A stretch of 64,000 nucleotides of DNA from Dendrobates tinctorius. Taxonomy: Eukaryota. The translations under genes and the position numbers were made by a program. Shown here in pieces: positions 51,649-64,000 of this stretch. The stretch covers positions 43,896,001-43,960,000 of the forward strand of contig NW_027361714.1 of assembly GCF_039654945.1 (NCBI RefSeq). The letters run 5' to 3'. The notes beneath the pieces are model-generated. The model was not told the origin of the DNA, ran no database searches, and saw nothing but the letters and a program-made list of their open reading frames with translations. Each line of letters starts with the position of its first letter. The first letter of the stretch is position 1.

Positions 51649-52070
51649 CTGATAGATCTGCAGCAAAAAAACAGGGATTTTATCAAAACTGCAGCAAGGA
51701 GTCCAGTAAGTGACACATTGCTGGAATCAGAGTCTCTGACCCTACATCATGCAGCTCTCAGACGGGGTAGCAAAAACAGTGACAGAGGTTTCCCTTTAAA
51801 AACAATCAAAAGTTGTATGCACAGTAAGACTACTACATGTCTGAAGCATAATAAACAAGGAAATATCCAGTGACACAAATAAATCCAAAATACACATCTA
51901 GAACAGCGCTACTAGAGTGTCAGCTGCTTCCAGTGAACAGGGTTTTTTTTTCTTTTTTAATTAAAGCTTCCACACTCCAAAGCCTGACAACTGACCTAGC
52001 ACTACATAGTCAAAGTTGTGAAATTGTGAACTGTGTGAATATAAAAGAAGCAATTATAAAAGAAACATAC

Positions 52071-52262
52071 CTTTTCCTGGTCTTTCAATAGAGGAGTCTT
52101 GGGTAACAGGCTTCTTGTTAGTGTTGCTATCTTGCTTGAAGACGAAATCCAGGGACTTTGCTACGTCAAAGCCACATTGCAATACTGCATCGGTCATCAT
52201 TTGCTCCGACACAGATTCTCCTAGGACTTCTCTCATTTGATCCAGGCAGGAATATAAGCGAG
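52071..52262 (-). CDS. HBS1L: HBS1L coding exon (equivalent to human exon 4; HBS1_N domain)
   Basis: (A)RLYSCLDQMREVLGESVSEQMMTDAVLQCGFDVAKSLDFVFKQD; acceptor ttttcag, donor G|gtatgt; 192 nt, phase 1/1. Confidence 0.95.
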
Positions 52263-52340
52263 CTGAAAAATAAATGAAATATGTTAAATGGGTCCCTAAG
52301 AGTGCAAACTGTGAGTATATGAGAAATGAGCCTCCGCTAC

Positions 52341-52472
52341 CTTGATCTAAAGGACTCAGCGTCGAGCAGGAAGGTTTGGATTTATCATCTTCATATTGAT
52401 CTTCCTCTTCTTCTTCCAAAGGCTCAGTGAAGCTAGAATGTCTGTCCCGCTTAGAATATATGAACTGAGCAG
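52341..52472 (-). CDS. HBS1L: HBS1L coding exon (equivalent to human exon 3)
   Basis: (A)AQFIYSKRDRHSSFTEPLEEEEEDQYEDD...LSPLDQ; acceptor tttgcag, donor G|gtagcg; 132 nt; 78-nt intron to the next exon. Confidence 0.93.
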
Positions 52473-55465
52473 CTGCAAATAAGAACAGAGAAATCTAAAC
52501 CAGAAATCTTATTCACAATGCATTGAATGGGAGCTAAATTTGCGACTGACTGAGCTAATGAGTGGTAACTAGCTCCCATACACTAAACACACAAACAGGG
52601 TTTCCTGCTCTTTCCTTTGGTAGCACATAGAAACAGCATGGAGGACATTGAGCTTTGTAGCTGTGAATCCAGCTCTGGGGGTGAAAAAGGACATGCTAGG
52701 GAATCTGCAGCACAGATCTATTTGTCTCTTTGCTGTTCATGCTTACTTTCTCTATAGACTCCAATATGCTGTGAAAGGTGACACCTCACTTTGCAGGCAA
52801 TTCACCTTGCAAGATGAATTTGAGCAGTTTTTCAGAGTGAATGATGAGTTCAGGATGTATAGGGGAAGAAATGGCTTTTAAGTGGGGAAAAAAAAACGAA
52901 TTAGACCTACCGGTAATGTTGTTTCCAGGAGTCCATCCTGGCAGCACCATGGAGGTTGTCCTTCCCTCCATATAGGGATAGGAAATGCACGAGAGGTTAA
53001 AAGTCCCCCCCCCCCCCCCGCCACCCACCTTCACCAGTGATTTTTCCCAAGTACAACACCTGGATGGGTGCAATTGTTATTTATTCAAATTTTGTACAAG
53101 ATTAAACATCACAAATACAAAATTTAAGAGAAGGAATTACCAGTGCTGTCAAGATGGACACCTGGAAATAACATTACCGGTAGATCCAATTCCGGTTTTC
53201 CACGACATCCCACCTGACAGCACCATGGAGAATACCAAAGTACTTTAAGCGGTACTACTGCCTGCAGAACCTTACGGCCAAAGGCCATCTGATTTCCTGC
53301 CAAAGTATCCAGCTTATAATGTTTACAGAACGTATTTAAGCTAGACCAGGTAGCTGCACTACAAATTTGATCCACCAAGGCACCTGCCTTCTCTGCCCAA
53401 GAGGTTGCTACTGCTCTGGTGGAGTGGGCTTTCAAACCTACCGGGATGAGTAACCCCTGGGCCTCATATACTAGGGAGATGGCGGCTATTATCCATCTAG
53501 CTCAGGAAGATTTTGACGCTTTCTTTTCCTTATTTCTTCCCCTGTACTGGATATCTGAATGGACCTGGCCACTGATGGGGAGGCAATATTTGCTTTAATG
53601 ATTGCCGCAGATGTTTCCCAAGCCCTTTAACCCCTTCACACCCGAGCCTGTTTTTGCCTTCGTGACCGGGCCAATTTTTTCAATTCTGACCAGTGTCACT
53701 TTATCAGGTCATAACTCTAGAACGCTTCAACGGATCCTACTGATTCTGACATTGTTTTCTCATGACATATTGTACTTCATGATGGTGGTAAAATTTCTTA
53801 GATATGAGCTGCGCTTATTTGTTAAAAAAATCAAAATTTGGCGAAAATTTAGAAAATTTTGCAATTTTCAAACTTTTAATTTTTATGCCCTTAAATCAGA
53901 GAGTGATATTGCACAAAATAGTTAATAAATAACATTTCCCACATGTCTACTTTACATCTGCACAATTTTGGAAACAAATTTTTTTTTTTAGGAAGTTATA
54001 AGGGTTAAAAGTTGACCAGCGATTTCTCATTTTTACAACAAAATTTGCAACACCATTTTTTTTTAGGGACCACCTCACATTTGAAGTGAGTTTGGGGGGT
54101 CAATATGACAGAAAATACCCAAAAGTGACACCATTCTAAAAACTGCACCTCTCAATGTACTCAAAACCACATTCAAGAAGTTTATTAACCCTTCAGGTGC
54201 TTCACATGAATGAATGGAATATGAAAGGAAAAAATAAACATTTAACTTTTTTTCACAAACATTTTACTTCAAAACCATTTTTTTTTATTCTCACAAGTGT
54301 AAAAAGAGAAAATGAACCACAAAATTTTTTGTGCAATTTCTCCTGAATACGCAGATACCCCGTATGTGGGGCTAAACCACTGTTTGAGCACACGGCAGAG
54401 CTCAGAACGGAAGGAGCGCCGTTTGACTTTTTCAATGCAGAATTGGCAGGAATTGAGATCGGATGCCATGTCGCATTTGGAGAGCCCCTGATGTACCTAA
54501 ACAGTGGAAACCCCCCACAAGTGACCCCATTTTGGAAACTAGACCCCTTAAAGAACTTATCTAGATGTGTTGTGAATACTTTGAACCCCCAAGTGCTTCA
54601 CAGAAGTTTATAACGTAGAGCCATGAAAATAAAAAATCATTTTTTTTTCCACAAAAAGACCTTTTAGCCCCCAATTTTTATTTTCACAAGGGTAACAGGA
54701 GAAATTGGACCCCAAAAGTTGTTGTCCAATTTGTCCTGAGTACGCTGATACCCCATATGTGGAAGAAAACTACTGTTTGGGCACACGGTGGTGCTCGGAA
54801 GGGAAGTAGTGACGTTCTGGAATGCAGACTTTGATGGAAAGGTCTGCGGGTGTCATGTGCGTTTGCAGAGCCCCTGATGTACCTAAACAGTGGAAATCCC
54901 CCACAAGTGACCCCATTTTGGAAACTAGACCCCCCAAGGAACTTATCTAGATGTGTGGTGAGCACTTTGAACCCCCAAGTGTTTCAGTAAAGTTTATAAT
55001 GTAGAGGCGTGAAAATAAAAAAATCATTTTTTTTTCCACAAAAATGATCTTTTAGCCCCCAATTTTTATTTTCACAAGGGTAACAGGAGAAATTGGACCC
55101 TAAGAGTTGTTGTCCAATTTGTCCTGAGTACGCTGATGCCCCATATGTGGGAGAAAACTACTGTATGGGCACACGTCGGGGCTCGGAAGGGAAGTAGTGA
55201 CGTTCTGAAATGCAGACTTTGATGGAATGTTCTGCGGGCAAAATAATGCATTTACAGAGCCCCTGATGTACAATACCTAAACAGTGGAAACCCCCAATTC
55301 TAATTCCAACCCTAACCCCAACACACCCCTAACCCTAATCTCAGCCCTAACCATAACCCTAACCACAAACCTAACACCAACACACCCATAACCTTAATCC
55401 CAGCCCTAGCCCTAACCCTAACCCGTGTACCTGCTTTTTTTTTTTTTCTTTACTTTTTTATTTTT

Positions 55466-55790
55466 GTGACAAGATCGCTGCGCTGCGATCTGACTCATAG
55501 TAACGCCACTTCTCCTCTGATCTCACACTGACAGATGATCAAAGGAGAAGCAGCGTTACTATGTGACAAGATCGCTGCCTGGCACACAGTAACGTGACTT
55601 CTCCTCTGATCTCACATTGACAGATGATCAGAGGTGAAGCAGCGTTACTATGTGACAAGATCGCTGCCTGGCACACAGTAACGTGACTTCTCCTCTGATC
55701 TCACATTGACAGATGATCAGAGGTGAAGCAGCGTTACTGTGTGACAAGATCGCTGCCTGGCACAGCTGTGCCAGGCAGCGATCAGCTGTG
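55466..55790. repeat. 89-bp hairpin-forming tandem repeat with an inverted copy at 56453-56555
   Basis: gtgacaagatcgctg at 55563, 55652 and 55741; internal stem gtaacg..cttc.cctctgatc / gatcagagg.gaag..cgttac. Confidence 0.85.
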
Positions 55791-55794
55791 CCAG

Positions 55795-56452
55795 CAGGGC
55801 TGTGGAGTCGGTAAGCCAAACCTGCGACTCCGACTCCTCAATTTCCCTTACACCGACTCCGACTCCAACTCCGACTCCACGACTCCGACTCCCACACATA
55901 TTGCTTATATTTAAATGAAAAATTTATTGTAGTACAATGTGAACCTCAGACATTTAATCATTTTTATGATCCAATAATCAAGATATTTAGATAGAACAGA
56001 ATATATATTGGTGTACTACCCGGTTTTCATTCTTTTTGGTACAGATACGATATGGATAGACAGATATGGATAAATGGATAGATAGAGCAGATTTCTAATC
56101 TGCTTTTGCTATTGAAAACATTATCTATGAGCTCAAAAACCTTTCAGGTGATGCGGTTTTTTAAAAAGATGATCAGCTTTTGCAGCTGAAAAACGTATCC
56201 TCAAAAAACACAGGAAAAACGCTGTGTGTGAATGTAGCCTTAGATCAGGAATATAACAGCCATTTATAGGACATTTCATAACTTTCCCAAACTCCTATGA
56301 AAAAATATTCAGCACATCCTGCATTGAATTACTCTACCCAATTTATTATATATTTTAGCAGTCGGAGTCGGTCCATTTTATACCGACTCCAACTCCGACT
56401 CCACCAAAATGAGCACCGACTCCGACTCCACGACTCCGACTCCACAGCCCTG
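55795..56452 (-). mobile_element. hAT-type MITE (copy 2), near-identical to 1397-2048 in opposite orientation
   Basis: Same TIRs; interior is the reverse complement of 1500-1960; TSD imperfect (tgtgccag / ttgccagg). Confidence 0.9.
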
Positions 56453-57611
56453 TTGCCAGGCAGCGATCTAGTCACACAGTAACGCTGCTTCACCTCTGAT
56501 CATCTGTCAGTGTTAGATCAGAGGAGAAGCCACGTTACAATGAGTGAGATCGCCGGGAAACAAGCAGCTTTCCCAGCGATCGCTCCCATTGGCTGCTGTG
56601 ACGCTGACGTCATCAGGACCTGAACCAATCAGGTCTCGATGACGTCGGGGGTCCCAGCATGCATTGTGCACCGGGATCCCCGTGTTGTAAAGTATGTGGG
56701 GGTCCCGGGGGGCACAAAACCGCCGACAGTATATAAACGTCGGCGCTGCACAAAGCCCAGCAAGCGCCAATGTTTATCTACTGTGGGCGGTCGGGAAGCG
56801 GTTAAAGGAGTCCTTCCGCCTTTCTGTCCATAGGGTCTCTGAGGCTAGATGAGTCTTCAAACGGAATTCAAGTCTTTCTAGACACTCTGGCTACTGGAAC
56901 ATCAATTTTTGGAATGTCATCCCAGGTCTTTATATCGTCTGGGTCAAAAGGCAGACGGAGCCTCAAATCCAGAGGGATAACCAAACCCTTCTCTATGATC
57001 ATTGCACGGATATGGTCATTGACAGGAAACAGACAGAATTTGTGACCTCAGACCCCTAAACATCTCATCTTGTATCGACTGAGGCCTCTGGTATTCTTCT
57101 ATCTGCATAGTCGCTCTGACGGCCCGGAGCAGCTCATCTGTGTCGTCCGAGGAAAAAAGGTATTTCAGGAGGTTCCGAGGTGATTTCCCCCTCTTCCTCC
57201 AGGTCTGAGCATATGGACTGATCCTCCTCCTCTGAGGATTGCTCCATTTCCCATCTCGGTCTTTTAGAAAGGGGACCCTGCTGGGGTGACTGGGATGGTA
57301 AAAGGCCTGAGATGGAATCCTAAACTTCCTCTCTAACCATTGATCGCATTTCCTTCAGAAAGGAAGATTGTTCATCCTTGATGACTTTACATATGCATTC
57401 TTCACACAGCTGTTTAGCCCGAGTCAGGCAGCTTGCTTCTACAGAGGGCACATCTCCTGGACTTCCCTGAGGCAATGGCAGACCTCCTGGCCACAGGTGT
57501 TGAGGCCGGTATTGTATTAGCAATCATTGGTGATTCGGGGGGGCAATACTCCTCACAGGGTCCTCCATGCTGTTCCAGAGGTTTATTCTGTTACAGCCTG
57601 ACACTGACTAA

Positions 57612-58057
57612 GGCTAGTTTCACATTAGCGCTTTTGAGCGCAGCGACGGCCTGCGCATGGCCGCCGCTAAGCCCCACCCCCTGCCGCGCCTCCGCCGGTA
57701 GCTCCGCCTACCGGCGCATGATGCTGCATGCGTCCTGCGTCCCCTATCTTTATCACTGGGGGCACAGGCCGTGCGTAGTATGCGTTTGGCGGCGCATGCG
57801 TCCTTTTGACGGTGCGCCGACCTGCAACCTGCTGCAGTTTGGTTGCGCTCGGCGCACCGTCAAAAAGGCACATGCGCCGCCAAACGCATACTGCGCACGG
57901 CCTGCGCCCCCAGTGATAAAGATAGGGGACGCAGGACGCATGCAGCGTCATGCGCCGGTAGGGGGCGCTACCGGCGGAAGCGCGGCGGGGGGCAGGGCTT
58001 AGCGGCGGCTGTGCGCAGGCCGTCGCTGCGCTCAAAAGCACTAATGTGAAACTAGCC
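57612..58057. mobile_element. Palindromic Harbinger MITE (same family as 50742-51167)
   Basis: taa|ggctagtttcaca ... tgtgaaactagcc|tta. Confidence 0.88.
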
Positions 58058-58549
58058 TTAGGCAGTTTTATTTCCTACCTTCTCTTCCCACTGCCCGGCA
58101 GGTCCTTTTCCGGAATCCATCTGCTGAGTACCCGGCGTCTGACGTCACTAGTAAGAGCGTCGCATCTTGCGTTCCAGCCTGGAACACATCCGGAAGTTCC
58201 TCCGCTGCCCCAGATGTGATGTCAGCAGCTCCAACCCGCTCAACGGGGAACCTGGCTGAGGAACCCCCCCTCGGGGGGGTGTCGGCCCCGGGTGTCTTAA
58301 CAGGGGGAAGAAGAAGATGCACCCCCGAGCGCATCAAAAAGGTAAATCCCTCCGGAGTTCCAACCCCAACCTTCTCTCTCGTCCCTGTCCTTACAGGGAC
58401 AGGAAAAACACTGTTGAATGTGGGTGGGGGGGGGACTTTTAACCTCTCGTAAATTTCCTGTCCCTGTAAGGAAGGAAGGACAACCTCCATGCGGCTGTCA
58501 GGAAGGACGTCCTGGAAAGGAGCAGAGTTCTATTTTAAGACACAATACA

Positions 58550-61500
58550 AAATCGTAGTTACTTACCGTTAACAGTATTTCTCTGAGCCCATGACGGCAC
58601 CACGGAAAGAGAGGGGATCCGCCCCACGGGGACAGGAAACCTACAGATAAAAAGGCGGTACCTCTCTCCCGCATCAGTTGTTTTACAGAGCATTAACAGA
58701 ACTTCAGCCTAATACTAACACAACAACTTTAAGAAAAATAAATTTCTATAATCAATAAACTGCGTAGAGGAGACACCACGTGACTTTTCGATTAAACTGT
58801 ATTTACAATAAGTGCGCACCCCATGCGTGTAGGGAGGGAATATATGGGTGCCGTCATGGGCTCAGAGAAATACCGTTAACGGTAAGTAACTACGATTTTC
58901 TCTTTCCCCCATGACGGCACCACGGAGAGAATGGCAGAGACTATTTATTAGGGGGGGACCACTGCCTCCAGCACCCTTTTACCAAAGGTTAGATCAGAGG
59001 AGGTGGCTAGGTCCAGCCGATAGTGGTTAAAGAAAGTCGAAGGAGAGGACCAAGCGGCGGCTCTACATATTTGTTCAATGAAGACGCCTGCTCTCTCTGC
59101 CCAGGAAGTTGACACCGCTCTTGTGCAAAGGGCCGTTATTCTGCCTGGAATGTCCGCACCTTGTGACGAGTACGACAAGGTGATGGGGTCCCTTTTCCAC
59201 CTCGCCAGCATGCTCTTTGATGCCTTTCACCCTTTCTTTGACCCCTGGAAGCAGACAAAAAGAAACCTATCCTTTCTACACTCCCTGGTGGCTGCTAGGT
59301 ATTCAATTAGGCATCTCCTGACATCTAATGTGTGCTCTTCTCCCTTGTTTTTGGGATGGGGCAAAAGGAGGGGAGGGAGATTTCTTGAGTTCTGTGGAAT
59401 CGGGACGCTACCTTTGGCAAATAGGCTGGGTCTGTCCTAAGTACCACCCTGTCATCCAGGATCTGTGTAAATGGAGGGAAGGCTGATAGGGCCTGGATGT
59501 CACTAATTCTACGGGCCGATGTAAGGGCTATCAAGAGGGAGGTCTTGAGAGATATTAATTTTAGCGGAGCTTCTTGCAAAGGCTCAAAGGGCGGGTTGGT
59601 CAGGGTTGAGAGTACCAAGTTTAGATCCCAGGGAGGGGTGTTTAAGGAAGACACGGGCCTGGATCTACCGGCTGCCTTAATGAATCTGGACACCCAACGA
59701 TTCCCTACCAAATCACAGTTGTATAGGGCTCTCAGGGCCGCCACTTGAACCTTTAATGTGCTGGTAGCCAGACCTTGCTCTAAGCCCTTTTGCAGGAACT
59801 CAAAGATCTTTGGTATGGGTACCTTCCCCTTTGGACAGGCCCTTGATACTGAAAGGAACTTCCTCCAGACCCTCCCGTACTGTTTAGTGGTTATCGGTTT
59901 TCTGCTTCGTGGTAGAGTGGATACCAAATTTTGGGAGAAGCCTCTGTTGATTAATAGAGCCCTTTCGAATTCCAGGCCGTTATATGTAGGTTCTCCACCT
60001 GAGGGTGTAGTACCGGGCCCTGAGAGAGTAGGTTCAGGATATCCGGGAGGACCCAAGGGTCGGAGATGGACATTCTCCTCAACCACGAGAACCACGTCCT
60101 TCTTGGCCAGAAGAGCGCTATTAATATTACCCTTTCTTTGTCCTCCCGAATCTTCCTCAGAACTGATGGAATTAGGGCTATTGGTGGAAACGCATAAGCA
60201 AGAGGGAAGTGCAAGGAGATCATGAGGGCATCCTGGGCTACTGGATTCCCGGAGGGGTCTATGGAATAGAAGATTTTCACCTTCCGATTCGTCCTGTTGG
60301 CGAATAGATCTATACCGGGTTTCCCCCATAGTTTCGTGATCTAGTTGAAAATTTCCTGGTTCAACTCCCACTCGCCCTGTCTCAACTGTGTGCGACTTAG
60401 AAAGTCCGCCGTGACGTTGTCTGTCCCCTTTTATGTGGAGTGCCGTCAGTGAGCCCAGGTTTCCCTCTGCAAACTGGAGGATTGATCTTGTCACTGTCAT
60501 TAGGGCGCGGGATCTTGTGCCCCCCTGATGGTTTACGTAAGCCACTACCGTGCTGTGGTCCGAAAACACCCTTACGTGGTGGGATCTGAGGGATTACACA
60601 AAGTGCAGGAGGGCGAGTTTTACCGCTAACAGCTCCTTCATATTCGAGGAGGCTGCCTTTTCGTCCTCTGTCCAGACCCCTTGAGTTACCTGATTGTCCA
60701 AGTGAGCCCCCCACCCCCTGGGGCTTCAGTCTGTAGTGAGGACTCGAGATACCGGTATTACCCAAGGGACCCCGGTATAATGGCTGATTCCGTCCACCAC
60801 TGTAGTGAATGAGCTGTTTCGGGTGATATGTCTAACCGCCCTTCTAAAACTCCGTGAAGGGAAAATTCTGCCGCTTGTATTTCCCCCTGTAGATCCCTTG
60901 TATGGGCTTGAGCCCACTGCACGGCTAGTATACAAATATAAAAAGAGAGATGCCAGCGCTGCTTGTGGTCAGAACGCATAACATGAAGTGCAATGCACAT
61001 ATTAACATCTGACTGTATTCAAAATGAGACATTTGGCAAAATATTGATCAATAAATTGAGCCACCCCGCCGCAATCTCATGTGGGGGGTCCTACTCTACA
61101 TTTTTATTATTCACTGTGCCATTGCGGCCTACTGAATATTTTAAAAGCAAGACCATATCTAATACAAACTTACCTGAAACATGTCTGAATCGCTCCCGTG
61201 CAGCCAGATGAAATAAGTGCAGATAAAGGCCAGCCAGGTCTGAACATAGACATCTCAGGTTTGACCTCCACACACTGCCCGACCAGCAAACACAGATGAA
61301 GGGCGATGCAGGCTCAGACACAGGTGCACAAATTAAATAAAGCCTGGGGCAGGTCGGGGCTGCTGTGTGTGTGCACAGCAGCCTAGAGCCATCACAATGA
61401 ACACAGCAAAAAAGGCTAACATAACCCAGCGCGCACGGCAACAGTGGTGGTCGGCCACAACACAATATGTAAATATAAAGAGAAGCCAGCGCTGCTTGTG

Positions 61501-63174
61501 GTCAGAACGCATAACATGAAGTGCAATGCACATATTAACATCTTTATCTGGTTGGCCTTTATCTGCACTTGTTTCATCTGGCTGCATGGGAGCGATTCAG
61601 ACATGTTTCAGGTACATTTGCAATAGATATGGTCTTACTTTTAAAATATTCAGGAGGCCGTAATGGCAGAGTGAATAATAATGTAGAGTAGGACCCCCCA
61701 CATGAGATTGCCTTTGCCAAATGTCTCATTTTGAATACAGTTAAATGTTAATATGTGCATTGCACTTCATGTTATGCGTTCTGACCACCAGCAGCGCTGG
61801 CTTCTCTCTTTTTATATTTGCATACGGCTGGTATACAGGCAGTCAATGACCCGAGTAGGGACATGGCCTTCCTCAGTTTTGTTACTGTGTGAGTTATAGC
61901 CCCTGTTGCTATTTGCGTTATGTGTAGCATTTTCCCTTCCGGGAGTCGACATTCCTGCCTGAGGGAATCTATGGTTATGCCCAAATACTCTTGTACTTGG
62001 CTCGGGACCGTTCGGGATTTTGGTAGGTTTAGCAGCCAACCTAGGTCGGTCAGAGAATCCATGGTCCTGTGCAACTGGTCCCTGCAGTGTGATGGGGAGT
62101 TGCCTATTACTAGGAAATCGTCCAAGTATGGGACTATTAGGACGTTCTGTTTTCTTAGATGTGCCATAACCTCTGCTATGATTTTTGTGAATACCCTCGG
62201 GATGATGGCCAGCCCGAATGGAAGAGCTTTGAACTGGTAGTGCTTTATCTCTCCCCCCCACGGTTACTGCTATCCTGAGAAATTGGCGGTAGTCCGTGTG
62301 TATGGGGACGTGGTAGTACGCGTCCTTTAGATCGAGTACAGTCATGTAACAGGACGGAAACAGCATTTTCACTGCAGATTTTATTGTTTCCATTTTGAAT
62401 GGGTGGATTACCAGACTTGTTTAATTTTTTTAGGTTTATTATTGTCCTGAATGTCCCATCTGGCTTCTTCCTCAGGAAGATAGGGGAATAGAAGCCTTCT
62501 CCTCTTTCTTGGTGAGGGACCTCTTGCAGTACTGATTTCTCCACCAGGGTCTGAATCTCCTGTTGAATTGCGGCTTGTTCTTCTGCCGACTGCCTCTGTG
62601 GGGTCACTACGAAAGAGGGTTTGGGTGAGATGTGAAATTTTAATTTGAGGCCTGTTTTTATGATGTCTAAGATCCATTGACTGTTTTGAAATGTCTTCCC
62701 AGGTTGGGAAGAAGAGGGCCAATCTTCCTCCTACCAGGGAGACACCTTCATTGGGGTGGCTTCTTGTCTGCCGGTTTTCCAAACATGAACCCCTTTCCTT
62801 TGCCTCTTCTATCTTCCCACTTGTCCTGGGAATTCTTAGGCGGCTTCCTCTGGATAAATTTCCTGCTCCGAAAATGCTTGAAGGGGAAATTGGATGGGTT
62901 AGGGAAAGACTTCTTTTTATCCCCCGCTTTGTCAAGTATATCGTCTAGCGTAGGTCCGAAAAGGAATTCACCTTCACAGGGAATGGAGCAAAGTTTTGAT
63001 TTTGTCTGCAGGTCTCCCGTCCAGCAATTGAGCCATAGGGCCCTTCTAGCTGCATTCGAGAATGAGGAAACCAACTGATGCGGGAGAGAGGTACCGCCTT
63101 TTTTCTGTAAGTTTCCTGTCCCCGTGGGGCAGATCCCCTCTCTATCCGTGGTGCCGTCATGGGGGAAAGAGAAA
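58550..63174 (-). mobile_element. DIRS retrotransposon, copy 3 (most of gag deleted)
   Basis: ITRs at ~58588-58682 and ~63072-63165; ICR at 58846-58930. RT (GFYSPIFLRKKPDGTFRTIINLK, PYLDDFL), RH, MT (YAFPPIALIPSVLRKI..WPRRTW) and complete YR (LTSARRISDIQAL, FFNHY). ITR sequence is similar to copy 1. Confidence 0.95.
60935..61823. mobile_element. Penelope-like inverted/direct-repeat insertion inside the DIRS RT-RH region
   Basis: 14-bp TSD acggct(a/g)gtataca (60921-60934 and 61824-61837); 60933-61238 is inverted at 61546-61820; the first ~70 bp are repeated directly at ~61470-61541. Confidence 0.65.
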
Positions 63175-63571
63175 GTTTGTTATATTCTCTTGTACTACTG
63201 ATTTATACAAAAGTTTGTTAAAACTAATTCTAAAGCTCCATCGCAAACCCAGTGTAGGCAGCTTCAGAATTCTGTGCAAGCTCTGTAACTGGTTCAGATT
63301 TCACTGTACCACTACAGTTAGTGATTTGCTGCAGTGTTCACGTAGCTAGAAGAGCATGTAACCAGAAAAACATCTTAAGACGAGCTCTTATAGTCTCTTC
63401 ATCACTGCAGTGGTACTGTTACTTCCAAGCGAAGCAAGTATCATCATTTCTGGAGTCAGCACAGACATTCTGCGAGGCTTGTGCTGGATCCGCGAGTGAG
63501 ATGGAAGGGGATTATGTTTCTGTTTGTTATTTTCAAGCAATGCAACCCTAAAAAAATATTTTACTTTTGGA

Positions 63572-63700
63572 CAGGGCTGTGGAGTCGGAGTCGTGGAGTC
63601 GGAGTTAGTTTTGGTTGGAGTCGGTAGAAATGTACCGAATCCGACTTTAAAAAAAATGTATTAATATTTCATAATTGAACTTTCATATGAATTTTATAAA
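63572..63700 (+). mobile_element. Start of another cagggctgtggagtcgg hAT MITE
   Basis: Same TIR and GGAGTC repeats as 1397; the other end is not seen. Confidence 0.65.
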
Positions 63701-63812
63701 TGTTACTCAAATATATATGTTCTATCAAACTATGAACAACAGTGATAAGCAGTTCTGCTGGAGATAGAGACATTTCTTACTTCTTGTGTGTCACTGTTCT
63801 CCACTGCCCTTA

Positions 63813-64000
63813 CAGTCATATGTTAAAGTTTGGGCACCCCTATTAATGTTAACCTTTTTTCTTTATAACAATTTTGGTTTTTGCAACAGCTATTTCAGTT
63901 TCATATATATAATAACTGATGGACTCGGTTATATTTCTGGATTCAAATGAGGTTTATTGTACTAACAGAAAATGTGCAATCTGCATTTTAACAAAATTTG
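63813..64000. mobile_element. TIR of a Tc1 element of the same family as 2634-3493 (runs off the window)
   Basis: TA|cagtcatatgttaaagtttgggcacccc, nearly identical to 2634-2821. Confidence 0.93.

Larger units (their letters stand above)
53631..56801 (+). mobile_element. Non-coding piggyBac-like element with tandem array (copy 2)
   Basis: TTAA|ccccttcacacc ... ggtcgggaagcgg|TTAA. Same 5' sequence and ~386-bp units as 22518-26266; (CCCTAA)n-like tract at 55300-55425. Confidence 0.85.
52896..58518 (-). mobile_element. DIRS retrotransposon, copy 2 (distinct family; RT/RH deleted; hosts a piggyBac-like element and MITEs)
   Basis: ITRs at ~52940-53048 and ~58400-58500; ICR at 53141-53230; YR C-terminus (KAHSTRAVATSW..WSSLNTFCKHY..FGRKVLQAVV) at 53247-53550; gag remnants (CALC..LCEECI) at 56810-57570. 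Confidence 0.88.

Noticed and set aside
63390-63550. Possible upstream HBS1L exon after a ttttag acceptor
   Set aside because: No frame resembles exon 2 ([22 protein letters not shown]) and all three frames reach a stop codon.

Overview
Vertebrate genomic DNA, most likely a frog (anuran), judged from its Tc1, DIRS, T2/Kolobok-MITE, Harbinger and hAT repeat families. It is an internal part of the HBS1L gene on the minus strand. Three exons are recognisable: two coding exons equivalent to human exons 3-4 (52472-52341 and 52262-52071), and the large alternative terminal exon of the short SKI7-like isoform HBS1LV3 (about 31971-30694, ending in PFDFQTPSPDDIVKESQKKAFMR). Almost everything else is transposon-derived intron. 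The main elements are: (i) a 16.7-kb hAT element (8-bp TSD, BED-finger transposase broken by one frameshift) containing a two-gene Harbinger, which in turn contains a Tc1, plus a 180-bp satellite array bracketed by two ~400-bp palindromes; (ii) three DIRS tyrosine-recombinase retrotransposons with inverted terminal repeats (ITRs) and internal complementary regions (ICRs), one with an apparent spliceosomal intron in gag; (iii) a non-autonomous Helitron whose body is a ~1-kb CpG-rich palindrome with about a dozen YY1 consensus sites; (iv) two non-coding piggyBac-like TTAA elements with ~390-bp tandem repeats and telomere-like (CCCTAA)n; (v) Penelope-type insertions, one with a mutated minimal hammerhead ribozyme; (vi) many MITEs and a V-SINE. 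There are no prokaryotic features and no CRISPR array. Most ORFs in the supplied track are spurious. All boundaries were read by eye and family assignments rest on motif recall, not database searches.
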